A stretch of DNA of 64,000 bases from a phage. Of the stretch, positions 1 to 9,717 are shown in pieces (within the stretch, counting starts at the first letter, position 1; every line of letters starts with the position of its first letter). The stretch lies in the sequence record PZ386957.1, one strand, 5' to 3'. Position numbers and translations under genes: made by a program. The notes under the pieces are model-generated. The model had not been told where the DNA came from, made no database searches, and was given only the letters and a program-made list of their open reading frames with translations.

Positions 1-163
1 CCCAATCAAATTTTTCTGATAAAGAAACCTGTAGACCTGTTTGCATGTCCAGCATCACCTGAAACGGATCTTTACCGTCCATAATCGCACCATGATAAGC
101 GGCGATTGCCGCATCGAGATCTTTTTCGTTAACCAGTTTAGCGCAAGAATTAAATTCTGACAT
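1..163 (-). CDS. hypothetical protein, 5' part only (gene runs off the window edge)
   Basis: ATG at 163 preceded by GAGGTG Shine-Dalgarno; frame open to position 1; same orientation as and downstream of the primase gene. Confidence 0.5.
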   Translation of the reverse strand, partial: MSEFNSCAKLVNEKDLDAAIAAYHGAIMDGKDPFQVMLDMQTGLQVSLSEKFDW

Positions 164-173
164 ATTCACCTCA

Positions 174-1202
174 TTAAAATTTACAATATTTCATAAACCG
201 CATTTTAGCCATCAGACCTTGTACGGTGTTCTCTTTGATATATTCCATGATCTGGTCGCGTGTAGCGCCCTCGTCCTGAATCATGGCGTTAACGTCTTTA
301 GAATGCCACGGGCAACGATCCCACAAAACAATCTTTTCCCCCGCATTGATAAACTTTTCCAGTCGGTGCATTGTATCGGCTGACCGTGGTTCCGCATCAA
401 GTACAAACACTCGCTGGTCTGGGAAAGGGATTTCATCTAATCCCAGAGTACCGCCAGTAATTGCACACCCGTTATCAATAAACAATGAATCGATCGGACC
501 TTCTAAGAAATACACTGGCTTACTCGGATCGGCGCGTTCAAGACCATAGACCTTACTCGCTAACTCGTGAGTTTTAATCGTCATATATTTGGTCTTTCCG
601 TAATCCTTTCTCAATGCTCGCCCCTGAATGGATTCTATCTTGTTCTCGCGGTTAAAGATAGGAATCACTAAACGCGGTTCAGGTTGTGGATTCTTGAAAG
701 TATCAGCCTTAATGTGATTTGCTACCTTTTGCCATTCTCTCGTGAAATACAGAAGATCCCATTTATCGTGGGGAATGCAACGATCACTGACATACTTTAT
801 TATAGGATGATTAGCCGGAAGAGTATCTAATCTTTCACAGAAAGGCAATGTTTGCACTTTCTTAATTTCCGGCTTTTCAACTTTTTTCAGTGGTTTAAAC
901 GTAGTGCTTTTATGATCGCCTTGTTCTTTTCGTCTTTCCATAAGCCATTCCCTGAATAGGTCCGGCTTATACTGCTTGAGGAACTCCCCTAGCGGCTGAT
1001 TATAGTTACAGTTGAAACAGCCGCATCGCAAACTATCTTTATATGTATAGATACGGAATCGCGCTTGAGTATGATTTTTCTTTGAGTCACCGCAGATCGG
1101 ACAACTTGCTACCAGTGTAAATGAGCTAGTATGCAACCGTTTAAAATTTCGTTCGCCGTATATGGCTTTTTCCGCTATTTCATAATCTGCGTAGTAAATC
1201 AT
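174..1202 (-). CDS. 61: DNA primase (T4 gp61-like)
   Basis: 342 aa; zinc ribbon CPICGDS...CGCFNC, Toprim-like EGPIDSLF and C-terminal EGAT..QIMEY.K recalled from T4 gp61; synteny next to helicase 41. Confidence 0.9.
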   Translation of the reverse strand: MIYYADYEIAEKAIYGERNFKRLHTSSFTLVASCPICGDSKKNHTQARFRIYTYKDSLRCGCFNCNYNQPLGEFLKQYKPDLFREWLMERRKEQGDHKSTTFKPLKKVEKPEIKKVQTLPFCERLDTLPANHPIIKYVSDRCIPHDKWDLLYFTREWQKVANHIKADTFKNPQPEPRLVIPIFNRENKIESIQGRALRKDYGKTKYMTIKTHELASKVYGLERADPSKPVYFLEGPIDSLFIDNGCAITGGTLGLDEIPFPDQRVFVLDAEPRSADTMHRLEKFINAGEKIVLWDRCPWHSKDVNAMIQDEGATRDQIMEYIKENTVQGLMAKMRFMKYCKF

Positions 1203-1211
1203 AATAACCTC

Positions 1212-1415
1212 TTATAGCTCAAATTTCATGAAAGTTCCCACACTTTCATTTTCATTCTCTCCGTTTTCATCTAAGCCAAATTTGTAGACACTACCATCTG
1301 GCGATGTGTAAGAGAATACACGAAAACGGCCTACCGGATCAAGTTCTTCAAGAACATATTCTTTTCCGGCTTCAAAAAGTGCATATGTGCTTTTAAGACA
1401 TTTCATCGTAATCAT
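1212..1415 (-). CDS. hypothetical small protein
   Basis: ORF track; tightly packed in the same orientation between 61 and the next gene. Confidence 0.45.
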   Translation of the reverse strand: MITMKCLKSTYALFEAGKEYVLEELDPVGRFRVFSYTSPDGSVYKFGLDENGENENESVGTFMKFEL

Positions 1416-1603
1416 TTAAGCGCCACCGACAACAGAATGAGAACTACACCAACATACATTGTGATCTCGGATAACTTTTCTGTTTTTGTTTTGTGTCCAG
1501 ATAATCCGAAAACAACAACACCGATAATAGCGGACAGCAAGCCAACGATAAACATGATGATACTAAGCACCGTCTTTCTCCTTCTTGCGTTTTTCTTTAC
1601 CAA
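1412..1603 (-). CDS. small membrane protein
   Basis: ORF track; basic N-terminus followed by a long hydrophobic stretch (TVLSIIMFIVGLLSAIIGVVVFGL). Confidence 0.45.
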   Translation of the reverse strand: MVKKNARRRKTVLSIIMFIVGLLSAIIGVVVFGLSGHKTKTEKLSEITMYVGVVLILLSVALK

Positions 1604-1735
1604 CTACACTAGGTCCACGATTGGTAATAGATCCGCTCGTTTCCCCTGCTGCGATCTTCTCAGGATTGCCGCCAGCATCGCCAGCGGTCATATCTTCTTT
1701 GAGTTTATTTTCTTCAACAAACTGTTTAAAGCCAA

Positions 1736-2110
1736 TCATAGAATAATCTCTTTCAGTAAGTCAACAATCTGGTCTTTCGTCAGTTTATCCTGATTCTCTA
1801 CAATCTTGATAACACAAGCGTTAACGTCTTTTCGAGTCACGCGGGAGATCGTTTTAATACGATGAAACGGTTCGTAGAAATATACTGCTTCATTATAGAG
1901 CGCAGCAATTTTTCGACGCATTTGATCTTTATCCGCCAGAAAAACAATTGCAGTTTTCGGATCTACACCAGCCACATCATAAAGTTCGGCGACTCCCCAG
2001 CGTCCTTCCGGTTCAACCATACCAGCATGTTTACCGTTAATGAAGATGAGAACATCCCCGTTGTTCGCGGTTTTAAATGCTACATCTTCCGGCGTAATCA
2101 TATTTTTCAT
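1736..2110 (-). CDS. hypothetical protein
   Basis: 124 aa ORF in the position of the T4 61.x small genes; no motif recognised. Confidence 0.55.
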   Translation of the reverse strand: MKNMITPEDVAFKTANNGDVLIFINGKHAGMVEPEGRWGVAELYDVAGVDPKTAIVFLADKDQMRRKIAALYNEAVYFYEPFHRIKTISRVTRKDVNACVIKIVENQDKLTKDQIVDLLKEIIL

Positions 2111-2140
2111 AATATAGTCTCCTTAGAGTTTCATTATAGA

Positions 2141-2776
2141 TCAATCGAATGTAGAAAGCAAATGTTTTGTTTCTTTCAGTTGTCGTTCAAGATCTTTGCG
2201 TTTCTCTTTAAGTTGCATTTTAGCATTATTTCGCTCTCTTGTAACCTCTTTATCAATGCTCTTATTCCACTTATCAATATCAGAATAAGTTGGCATACCC
2301 AATTCTAGACCTAATGCGGTTGGATACAGGGTAACAGTCCATAAACCGCTAATCTTCTTAAATAGGTCGGGGTGTAGTGTACTATCTACATCTTCCGGTG
2401 TCAACTCTTTTTCTTCTTTCAGTGGTGGGATCTCGTCATATGGTTCCAGTGCATTTACTTTAATATCAGATACCTCATCAAAGAATCCGCGTACATCCGC
2501 AGGAAATACACAAGCAATTTCCCAACCGTGATCACGCAGAGAAGTAATATTTTTCACTCCCCCACCATGTGTGATGATTGATGTGACATTGCCATCAAGG
2601 TCCACCGAATTTACGAGAAATGGCTTATCGTCTGTCAGATCATTATAAAACTGTGCTTCGGCTGTAGTCATCTCCAGAAACAGATCTCGGATCGGACGAC
2701 CATCAGGTGCGTTACCTTCCTTGAGAGTATAAAAGCGACTTACGATCCATTTTTGCGGTAAAGCATTAGCGATCAT
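2141..2776 (-). CDS. hypothetical protein
   Basis: 211 aa ORF between 41 and 61; C-terminal charged coiled-coil-like tail; no motif recognised. Confidence 0.55.
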   Translation of the reverse strand: MIANALPQKWIVSRFYTLKEGNAPDGRPIRDLFLEMTTAEAQFYNDLTDDKPFLVNSVDLDGNVTSIITHGGGVKNITSLRDHGWEIACVFPADVRGFFDEVSDIKVNALEPYDEIPPLKEEKELTPEDVDSTLHPDLFKKISGLWTVTLYPTALGLELGMPTYSDIDKWNKSIDKEVTRERNNAKMQLKEKRKDLERQLKETKHLLSTFD

Positions 2777-2826
2777 GTTATATCTCCTATCAAATCATTC
2801 ACCAGCGCCCCGTAGGGCGCATTTTA

Positions 2827-4239
2827 TTAGAAAGTCATGTTATTTGCTAGCTCGTCGAGTTTTTCGCGTTTCTCGGCTTGCTGTGCGCTTTGTGGTTTAA
2901 TTTGTGCGTTCTCCTGGTCGGCGATCTGGTTTGGAACTTCATACCAACGCTGATTTCCTTTTTTCACACCAACGTTAAAGCGAGAATAATAGTTCTTATC
3001 GCCGTAACGAGATTTGATCTGCTTGAGCAGTTGAACGCCCATTTTTGCAAGGTCTTCGGTTTCAATCACACCCAACATAAAATCGGCTGTAGCCGGAAGA
3101 CCTGCGGATTCAGCGGTATCACTCATGTTAAGGTCCGATGCATCCCATCCCGCGCGAGTAGTCTGTGCCGCAGTCCAGCCAACAACATCCCACTTAACAA
3201 AAAATCCTCGCAGTTCTTCCGCAATAGCCTTAACTAGTGTGTAACTGTTTTCAGAGTATACACGCAAACGAGACGATGCGCAAATCCCCAGATAGTCAAC
3301 AATTACAACATCAGGTTTAAACTGTTTCTTGAGTCGCAATTCATTCATTAACGCCTCAAAGTGGTTGGAGTTCGCGCCACCAGTCGGATATTGCTTGATC
3401 ATCAGCTTGCCGATTGGACGTTCTCCGGCTTTCTTATTCTTAACACGTTTCATACGTGCCGAATATTCAGCAAAAGAAACATTACCATTATCCAATTCAT
3501 CTAAGGTAATGTCAAGCAAGTTTGCGTCAATACGTTTTGCTACTACGTGCTCTGCCATCTCCATTGAGATATACAGGACATTATAACCACATTCCATATA
3601 ATCGGCAGCGAGAGAACATAAGCCCAATGATTTACCAACGTTTACACCAGCAAGCAACACATTCAAGGTCTTTTTCTCTGCCCCACCTTTCGTTATTTTA
3701 TTCAGACTAGGCAGCTTAAACGGGATCTTATTCGCTTTAGTCTGATATAACAAGAATCGTTTTTCAAAGTCATTAAACCAGTCATGACCTACATCAGAAT
3801 CAAACGTAATGGATAGTGCCTCCTGCATGATCTCAGGAATAGCGCCCTCGCCTGGCAATTTCTTATTCTGTTTTTCTTTTGGTAGCTGTGCGTTCGCCTG
3901 AATCTCTAGCGCCCGTGACATTGCATTATACATAGCACGGTCACGAATAAATTTTTCTGTTTCCTTCATTAACCAATCAAGGTCTTCCGGTGTATTCTCC
4001 AAAGAATCAAGAAGAGTTTTAGCCCCTTCATATGTTGTCTGATTGCCTCTCTCCTTGTCTAAAGCAATCTGTAATGCTGTAGGGGTAGGAATATTGGAAT
4101 ATTCGTCTACATGCTTTTTAATCAGCTTATAAATCAGTTTTTCTTCGTCTTCGGTGAAGTAGTCCGCTTTAAGATGAGGCCATACATTCGTGAAGAATGT
4201 GCCATTATAAATCAACTGTGAAAAGATAGTTTTAATCAT
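2827..4239 (-). CDS. 41: replicative DNA helicase (DnaB-like, T4 gp41-like)
   Basis: 470 aa; Walker A GVNVGKS and RecA-like core; size and position match T4 gp41. Confidence 0.9.
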   Translation of the reverse strand: MIKTIFSQLIYNGTFFTNVWPHLKADYFTEDEEKLIYKLIKKHVDEYSNIPTPTALQIALDKERGNQTTYEGAKTLLDSLENTPEDLDWLMKETEKFIRDRAMYNAMSRALEIQANAQLPKEKQNKKLPGEGAIPEIMQEALSITFDSDVGHDWFNDFEKRFLLYQTKANKIPFKLPSLNKITKGGAEKKTLNVLLAGVNVGKSLGLCSLAADYMECGYNVLYISMEMAEHVVAKRIDANLLDITLDELDNGNVSFAEYSARMKRVKNKKAGERPIGKLMIKQYPTGGANSNHFEALMNELRLKKQFKPDVVIVDYLGICASSRLRVYSENSYTLVKAIAEELRGFFVKWDVVGWTAAQTTRAGWDASDLNMSDTAESAGLPATADFMLGVIETEDLAKMGVQLLKQIKSRYGDKNYYSRFNVGVKKGNQRWYEVPNQIADQENAQIKPQSAQQAEKREKLDELANNMTF

Positions 4240-4241
4240 AC

Positions 4242-4553
4242 TTAGCCTCCAACTACACGCATAACAAAGGTCTTGAGTTTATACCAGAAAGTTTCTTTTT
4301 TCAACTTTTCTTCTGCTTCTTTGATCTGCGCGGTTAACGCCTTAATGACGTGAGGATATACCACATCACGATCTGACGGCGTGGAGTAGTCGACCACAAT
4401 ACCTTTAGTGTCTGGATCGTATTCAACATTATGAATATAGACAATATGATGCTCTCCCTCTTCATCAACAATTATCAGTTCCTGAATAACTGTCTTCATT
4501 GCTTCTTGAATCAAGCCGTGTGCTTCTTCTAAACTCGTTGGTTTCTTATCCAT
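4242..4553 (-). CDS. hypothetical protein in the T4 gene 40 position
   Basis: 103 aa ORF between uvsX and 41 where T4 has gene 40; GAGAGG RBS upstream; no sequence motif confirmed. Confidence 0.5.
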   Translation of the reverse strand: MDKKPTSLEEAHGLIQEAMKTVIQELIIVDEEGEHHIVYIHNVEYDPDTKGIVVDYSTPSDRDVVYPHVIKALTAQIKEAEEKLKKETFWYKLKTFVMRVVGG

Positions 4554-4576
4554 AATATAATCCTCTCTAGATATGA

Positions 4577-4597
4577 AAAAGGGGCACGTAGCCCCTT
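4577..4597 (-). terminator. hairpin after uvsX, possible intrinsic terminator or attenuator
   Basis: GGGGC-ACGTA-GCCCC stem-loop with flanking A/T run immediately 3' of the uvsX stop. Confidence 0.4.
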
Positions 4598-4608
4598 TAC
4601 TACCATTG

Positions 4609-5679
4609 TTATGCTAACATATCTTCGATTTCTTTGTCAACTGCTTCGTCGCTGATCACTTGCCCCAGCTTATAATGGTCATTGATTGCTTCGTTAAACT
4701 TATCGTTTGTCAGAAGTGGTTTCCAGAACTCAATGCTGTTGGTTTCTTTAGCACGGAACTTTCGTTCTTCGGTTTCCATCTCTCCGGTCTCAGTATTCAG
4801 GATGGAACGAGAATACCAGCCGTTTGACGGTTTCACTACCCAACCTAACTCTACAGCCAATTCTAGCAAACCGGAATAAGGATCGATACCACCGCTAAAG
4901 GTTACGCTAATCGGGAACTTAGATTTTTCTTTAACGGTTCGTGATTTTTCCGCATTCAGGATAAAATCATAACCAGTAATTTCGGTTCCTTCTTTCTGTT
5001 GACGACGACCGATAATAAAGCATTCGTTGGCGCTGTACATTGCGCCCGTACCACCGGACATAACGGTCTTGCTAAACATTTCTTGCGTTTCGTATGTGTG
5101 GTTAATCGCAATGCACGGAATGTCATTCATAGTCAGATATGGTGTAATCATACGGAACAAGCCTTTAAGTGCTTTAGCTCGCGTCATATCCTGCGCCGAT
5201 TTCTCATTAATCGCGTCTTCAACTTCTTTTTTGCTTGCTAAGTTACCGATTGAGTCAATAAAGATGATCACTTTATCTTCACGGGTAATTTGCTCAAGCT
5301 GGTTCATGATCTCAAATTTAAGTTCTTCGATGTTCTTGATTGGAACGTGTACCACGCGATCAGGATCTACACCCATAGATGACAGATATGCGGAAGTAAT
5401 ACCAAACTCAGAATCAAAGAACAAACAAGCCGCATCAGGATTCTGTTTCATGTATGCACTAACACAAGTTAATCCCATGTTTGATTTAAAGTGCTTAGAT
5501 GGACCAGCAAAGAAAATCAGACCAGATTGAAAGCCTTTTTTAAGATCACCAGAAAACGCAATATTCAGCATCGGGATCTTAGTGCGAGTATTTGTTTTTT
5601 CGTTAAAGAAGCTGGATTTAGACAGTACCGCAGTAGTTTTCAGGGTAGAGTTCTTTTTCAGTTTTTCCAGTACAGACAT
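4609..5679 (-). CDS. uvsX: UvsX recombinase (RecA/Rad51 family)
   Basis: 356 aa; near-colinear with recalled T4 UvsX (FFNEK..RTKIPM.NIA.SG, GPSK.FKSN, IAINHTYETQEMFSKTVM.GGTG). Confidence 0.92.
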   Translation of the reverse strand: MSVLEKLKKNSTLKTTAVLSKSSFFNEKTNTRTKIPMLNIAFSGDLKKGFQSGLIFFAGPSKHFKSNMGLTCVSAYMKQNPDAACLFFDSEFGITSAYLSSMGVDPDRVVHVPIKNIEELKFEIMNQLEQITREDKVIIFIDSIGNLASKKEVEDAINEKSAQDMTRAKALKGLFRMITPYLTMNDIPCIAINHTYETQEMFSKTVMSGGTGAMYSANECFIIGRRQQKEGTEITGYDFILNAEKSRTVKEKSKFPISVTFSGGIDPYSGLLELAVELGWVVKPSNGWYSRSILNTETGEMETEERKFRAKETNSIEFWKPLLTNDKFNEAINDHYKLGQVISDEAVDKEIEDMLA

Positions 5680-5690
5680 TATTAATACCT

Positions 5691-5918
5691 CTATTCAGTT
5701 AATCCGTAATACTTTAATTGCTTCATTGTTATTCGATCTTTGTAGTGCTCTTGAATTAACTTTTTCATCGCATCAACATCGATCGTCACAAATACTTCGT
5801 TGCTGTGATTTCCGTGAACTTTCTTGAAGTGCTCTATCGCGTCCTCTCGTTCACGTCTAATCTTTTCGATATCTCTCATAGTATATTTCTCACGCTGGCG
5901 GGTATCGTCACCCAACAC
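5691..5918 (-). CDS. hypothetical small protein
   Basis: 75 aa ORF; the only gene between polymerase and uvsX, where T4 carries imm, 42 and beta-gt. Confidence 0.45.
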   Translation of the reverse strand: MLGDDTRQREKYTMRDIEKIRREREDAIEHFKKVHGNHSNEVFVTIDVDAMKKLIQEHYKDRITMKQLKYYGLTE

Positions 5919-5940
5919 CCGCCATTATACACACTTTATC

Positions 5941-7380
5941 TTAAATGTCAAACAGGTCCGTAAGCGATGCCACTTTTTCATATTGCAGCTTTGCAGCCGT
6001 GGTAATGTTCTCCAGTGGTTTGACGAAAGTCTTATTGAACAACAAAGACCAGTCCAACCACTTTAACACCTCTGATTCAATTTCTGGAGGAATACGAGTA
6101 CCAGACAACCAACCAAAACAGATTTCTCCAAACGGATTTCGATCTTTGAGCGGTACGATCATAACTTTCTCGCCCTCACGAATCGGATCTAGTCCAAATT
6201 TTCGAGCATTACGATTATAACACAATACGCTCTTAACCGCATACGGACAGCCCTTAATCGGATACCCGTTTGAATCGCTGTATTTCTGTAGGTTGTTTGC
6301 AGATGATACCGCAGCAACCTCAAGATAGTCAAGTTTTCTAAATTCTTGCTCAAAAATACCGTAGTATTCCTGCAATGACTCTTCACCTTCCTGCAACATA
6401 CGACGAATACATTCTTTCAGTGATTTCTGACATGCTTTAGGTGTAGAACTACGTTGCGTTTCTAAGCCCATGATTTTTAGCTTAGGTTCAGCAAAGCGAG
6501 TTCCTTCCATATCCCAAACATTAAGAGCATAACGCTTTTTACCAGTCCAGAATCCACCGATACCCGCAGATTTCAACGGAGGACCAGCAATTGCCTCACG
6601 GTCCATAAACATCAAGTGCTCATAGTTGTTCATGTACTCGCATAACTCGCGATATCCCTTGTCGATAATAGGTTCCATTCGATGTTTACCGAAATTATCA
6701 AGGAAGTCAACAAGTTTTTCGGTATCGTCGAAACGGTCTTCCCCACCAACCTTATCAACAACATTGTTAACCAGCACATAAACGGAGTCAGTATCACAAT
6801 AACGAACATATGCAAAATCGGTTGTTCCGCAAAGTTCGTTTAAGTATTCGTTAATCTTACGCTCAATCCACTGAATTGCAAGCTGACCGAACAAAGTGAT
6901 CGCACTAGCATTACGCAGATCATACAAACGAAATTTCGGATTTCCTACATATTTTCAATGAGTCGCGCAACCAACTCACCCGCCGTTAGGCTGCTGCATA
7001 TCGCTATGCAGATAAGACTATATCACCTATCAACCGAAGTCAATAGCCCACCATTTCGAGCGCCATTAGCTTGCACCCTACACCGTTACACTCATCACGG
7101 TTAGTCGTTAGGCATTTACAGCATTATAGCTGATTTAGCACGGGATTGTCAACCAGTCCGTATACGTTGATATTCCCCGTTTAGATGGGTTTAAGGTGCG
7201 CTAGGATGTTTACGCACCATAAAGGCTGTTAATCAATACCTTTCGTGAAAGTTGGTTTGTGTTACATAGAATAGACTCGTCTTGACATATCGCTAGATGC
7301 CGTTCTAATTCCTCGATTGGTAACGAATCAAGATAGGCCAATTCTTCATCGGTGAAGTCTTTACGATGATCTATATTCAT
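5941..7380 (-). CDS. 43: DNA polymerase C-terminal subunit gp43B, intron-containing: exon 1 = 7212..7380, group I intron = 6948..7211, exon 2 = 5941..6947
   Basis: ATG at 7380 (AAGGAG RBS) overlaps the HEG stop as ATGA; exon 1 encodes MNIDHRKDFTDEEL...NTNQLSRKVLINSLYGA (motif B KxxxNSxYG); joining U7212 to U6947 reads ...LYGALGNPKFRLYDLRN, colinear with T4 ...LYGALGNIHFRYYDLRN; exon 2 carries motif C YCDTDSVYV; spliced product 391 aa. Confidence 0.82.
6948..7211 (-). ncRNA. group I self-splicing intron, ORF-less, within gene 43B
   Basis: 5' exon end GGUGCGU pairs with intron GCGCACC (P1, U-G wobble at splice site); adjacent intron CCUA pairs with 3' exon UAGG (P10); intron ends in G; internal P/Q/R/S-like elements (CGGGGAAUAUCAACG, AAUCCCGUGC, AACGACUAA, GAUAUAGUCU); two in-frame stops inside. 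Confidence 0.75.
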
Positions 7381-8198
7381 GATATATCTTTCTCCTTAAG
7401 CCGACAATTGTTAAAATGCCAGCGTTTTAAAGACTGTGCAACTCCAGATTTACCGCAATGTGGACATACAGCAATAATTTTCTTGCTTTCTTCCCAGCGT
7501 TTCTTTGCGGCTTCTTTCATCTTTTCTTTAGAGTCGTCAGACATTTTCTTACCTTTCATGCCCTTAACGCAATCTGGATTTTCTGCTATTCTAGCAAGCA
7601 TTCTTTGTCTTTGCAACTCTTTTTTCTCGTCGCTCCACCCTGCGGATATTTTATCACGTTCTTCCTGTGATAGCGTCTTACCAACTTGTTTGTGTGGATT
7701 TTTAGAATAATATTCTTTTAATCCTTTAGCGATCTTTGCCTTTGTATCATCAGAGTGAGATTTGTCAATATCTTTGTTGCTATTATACTTCTCGATGTTT
7801 CTTTTTGAAACGGCATCATAAAATTCTTTGTTTGACTTTCTCGTCTTTTTGATACCGTTAGAAACTTTGACAGCAATTACCGGATTTTTCATCGGGTTAT
7901 TGTCGCCGGAAGTGTCGATGTGATAGAAGCCACCGACACCGCCTAACGTGATGTTATATGTATCAGACCGCTTTAGAAAGTCTTCGTTTACGATCTCGGC
8001 CTCTTTGTCATAAGCGTCTTTCTCGTTATCATATTCAAACAGAATATCTTTATGGAAGTTTTCGACCCCATACTTCGCGATAGCTCGTTTGATATGAATA
8101 CCGCTACCCATATATGAATCATCTGGGTCGTCGGTCTTGTGTACACCAACATAGATCATATTGTTTATCTTATTTGTGATCCGATACACATAATACAT
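7377..8198 (-). CDS. freestanding GIY-YIG homing endonuclease (Seg-like) inserted between 43A and 43B
   Basis: 273 aa; N-terminal GIY-YIG module YVYRITNKINNMIYVGVH, repeated NUMOD3-like S..E.R.KIS segments, C-terminal CPHCGKSG zinc finger; start overlaps 43A stop (TAATG), stop overlaps 43B start (ATGA). Confidence 0.85.
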   Translation of the reverse strand: MYYVYRITNKINNMIYVGVHKTDDPDDSYMGSGIHIKRAIAKYGVENFHKDILFEYDNEKDAYDKEAEIVNEDFLKRSDTYNITLGGVGGFYHIDTSGDNNPMKNPVIAVKVSNGIKKTRKSNKEFYDAVSKRNIEKYNSNKDIDKSHSDDTKAKIAKGLKEYYSKNPHKQVGKTLSQEERDKISAGWSDEKKELQRQRMLARIAENPDCVKGMKGKKMSDDSKEKMKEAAKKRWEESKKIIAVCPHCGKSGVAQSLKRWHFNNCRLKEKDIS

Positions 8199-9685
8199 TA
8201 TTCACCTCGTCGTTTCTTTAACATCTCCTTAATCTTTTCAGCATTACGGTCACACGCCAACATCATGTTTTTGTACTGTTTACGCTGGTCGAACACCTTT
8301 TTGATTTCAATCGGTACTACACCCTGAATATCTTTTCGATACATCCAACCGTTAGGAGAACATGAGTATTCATCGCTAGGCCGTTCCGCTGTTTTATTAA
8401 TATAGTCGATCATTGGCGCGGTGTCAAATGATCCAGCTATAGTTTCCGGCGAAATGTTAACCTGTCGGATGATAGACGGATACAGACTTGTTAAGTCAAA
8501 GCTCATCATCCAACGGTAAGCATTAGGTACTGGTTCTTTTACAAAAGCACCTGGATACGTCTGCTTAGGCTGTATCTTATTTTCCGGTACTACTTTACCC
8601 TCAGCTTTCAGAGATCCGAAGATAATAGCATCCCATACCTTCATCGGGTTATACACATGGTTAAATTTAATCTTTGCATAGTAGCATAGACTATACACAA
8701 GATCGATAAATCCGCGCTTTTTATCAATCGCCAATACACGATCAACGTCGCCGATGTTATAATCGATGTAAAGTTGATGGTTGTCATCACGCAATTTCTT
8801 TAACGGACCATCATAATCAACCTTACCGATTCCTGTCTCATATTCAGCAACATAATCTAATGCATATGTTGGTTGAGTCGTAAAGCTGAATTTCTTGTAC
8901 AGGTCAATGTAATCAAGGCTTTCGATCCCCATGATCGTAAATGCTTCACGCTCGTTGCCAAAATCATCCTGTGAGATTCGGGATTTAATCTTACCGCACG
9001 GGCTTAATCGGTTTGCCGTTCGACTTCCAAACTTATTACTGATACGCTTAATGATATACGGGATATCGAATGTTTCTGTGTTCCAGCCAGTGAAACCAAC
9101 TGGTCGATTTTCCTCAAAGAATCGGATGTATTCTAACAGCAATTCATCTTCCGTATCGTAGACGTTATAAACAACACGCTCTACTATATCAGGTCGAAGA
9201 ATAGACTTTCTTGCTTCCCATATTTCACCGTTTTTGCCTTTCAAATCAAAGACAAAGAAACGATCATGTACGGAATCATAATGCGTAATTGCATCAATAG
9301 GATATTTTGCTTCTTCTGGCTTCGGGAATTCCGGCGCAGTAACCTCAATATCAACCCATGCTACACGGATTTTATTTCGGTCATATCGAATCTCACCCTT
9401 GTATGTGTCGGATAGATAGGAGATGATAAAATCATCCATTCCTAACGCCTCTTGCCCCATCTCTCCCATCTTTTTACGCCATTTGTTGGCCTCGTTCATA
9501 GATGGGAATTTTTTAGCAATGCAAGGCTTGCCATAGATATCTTTATAATTAGTAACCATACCAGGCGCGGCATGATGAAATAAAGTTGGCGTATACTCAA
9601 CGTAACGCTCTTGTTCTTGTCCGGTATCATCAATATAACGCTCGTAGATCTTATCACCTACTCTCTCACATGACAGAAAATACAT
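8198..9685 (-). CDS. 43: DNA polymerase N-terminal subunit gp43A (N-terminal and 3'-5' exonuclease domains, motif A)
   Basis: Start refined to ATG 9685 (MYFLSCERVGDKIYERYIDD vs T4 MKEFYISIETVGNNIVERYIDE); contains FDIPY, YNI.DV, DLTSLYPSIIRQVNISPET; ends with TAA where T4 gp43 continues. Confidence 0.9.
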   Translation of the reverse strand: MYFLSCERVGDKIYERYIDDTGQEQERYVEYTPTLFHHAAPGMVTNYKDIYGKPCIAKKFPSMNEANKWRKKMGEMGQEALGMDDFIISYLSDTYKGEIRYDRNKIRVAWVDIEVTAPEFPKPEEAKYPIDAITHYDSVHDRFFVFDLKGKNGEIWEARKSILRPDIVERVVYNVYDTEDELLLEYIRFFEENRPVGFTGWNTETFDIPYIIKRISNKFGSRTANRLSPCGKIKSRISQDDFGNEREAFTIMGIESLDYIDLYKKFSFTTQPTYALDYVAEYETGIGKVDYDGPLKKLRDDNHQLYIDYNIGDVDRVLAIDKKRGFIDLVYSLCYYAKIKFNHVYNPMKVWDAIIFGSLKAEGKVVPENKIQPKQTYPGAFVKEPVPNAYRWMMSFDLTSLYPSIIRQVNISPETIAGSFDTAPMIDYINKTAERPSDEYSCSPNGWMYRKDIQGVVPIEIKKVFDQRKQYKNMMLACDRNAEKIKEMLKKRRGE

Positions 9686-9717
9686 AATATAAACTCCTTC
9701 ACTTACGAAAGACACTC

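Noticed and set aside
283-5827. Plus-strand ORFs (283-549, 1437-1793, 1862-2308, 2878-3237, 3329-3710, 4999-5685, 5582-5827) inside the primase, helicase and uvsX genes
   Set aside because: All lie antisense within well-supported minus-strand genes and lack ribosome-binding sites; they are shadow ORFs.
6189-6815. Small minus-strand ORFs (6189-6386, 6630-6815) inside 43B
   Set aside because: Alternative frames within the polymerase exon 2; the polymerase frame is continuous and homology-supported.
6948-7376. The 6928-7376 interval as a plain non-coding spacer, or the gene 43 interruption as an intein
   Set aside because: The motif B peptide is encoded here in the 43B frame, and P1/P10 pairings flank a 264-nt segment, so an intron is the better explanation. 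An intein is excluded because the interruption contains in-frame stops and 43A ends with a real stop codon.
7366-9161. Plus-strand ORFs 7366-7710, 7458-7670, 8139-8327 and 8931-9161
   Set aside because: Antisense to the HEG and 43A coding sequences; no independent support.
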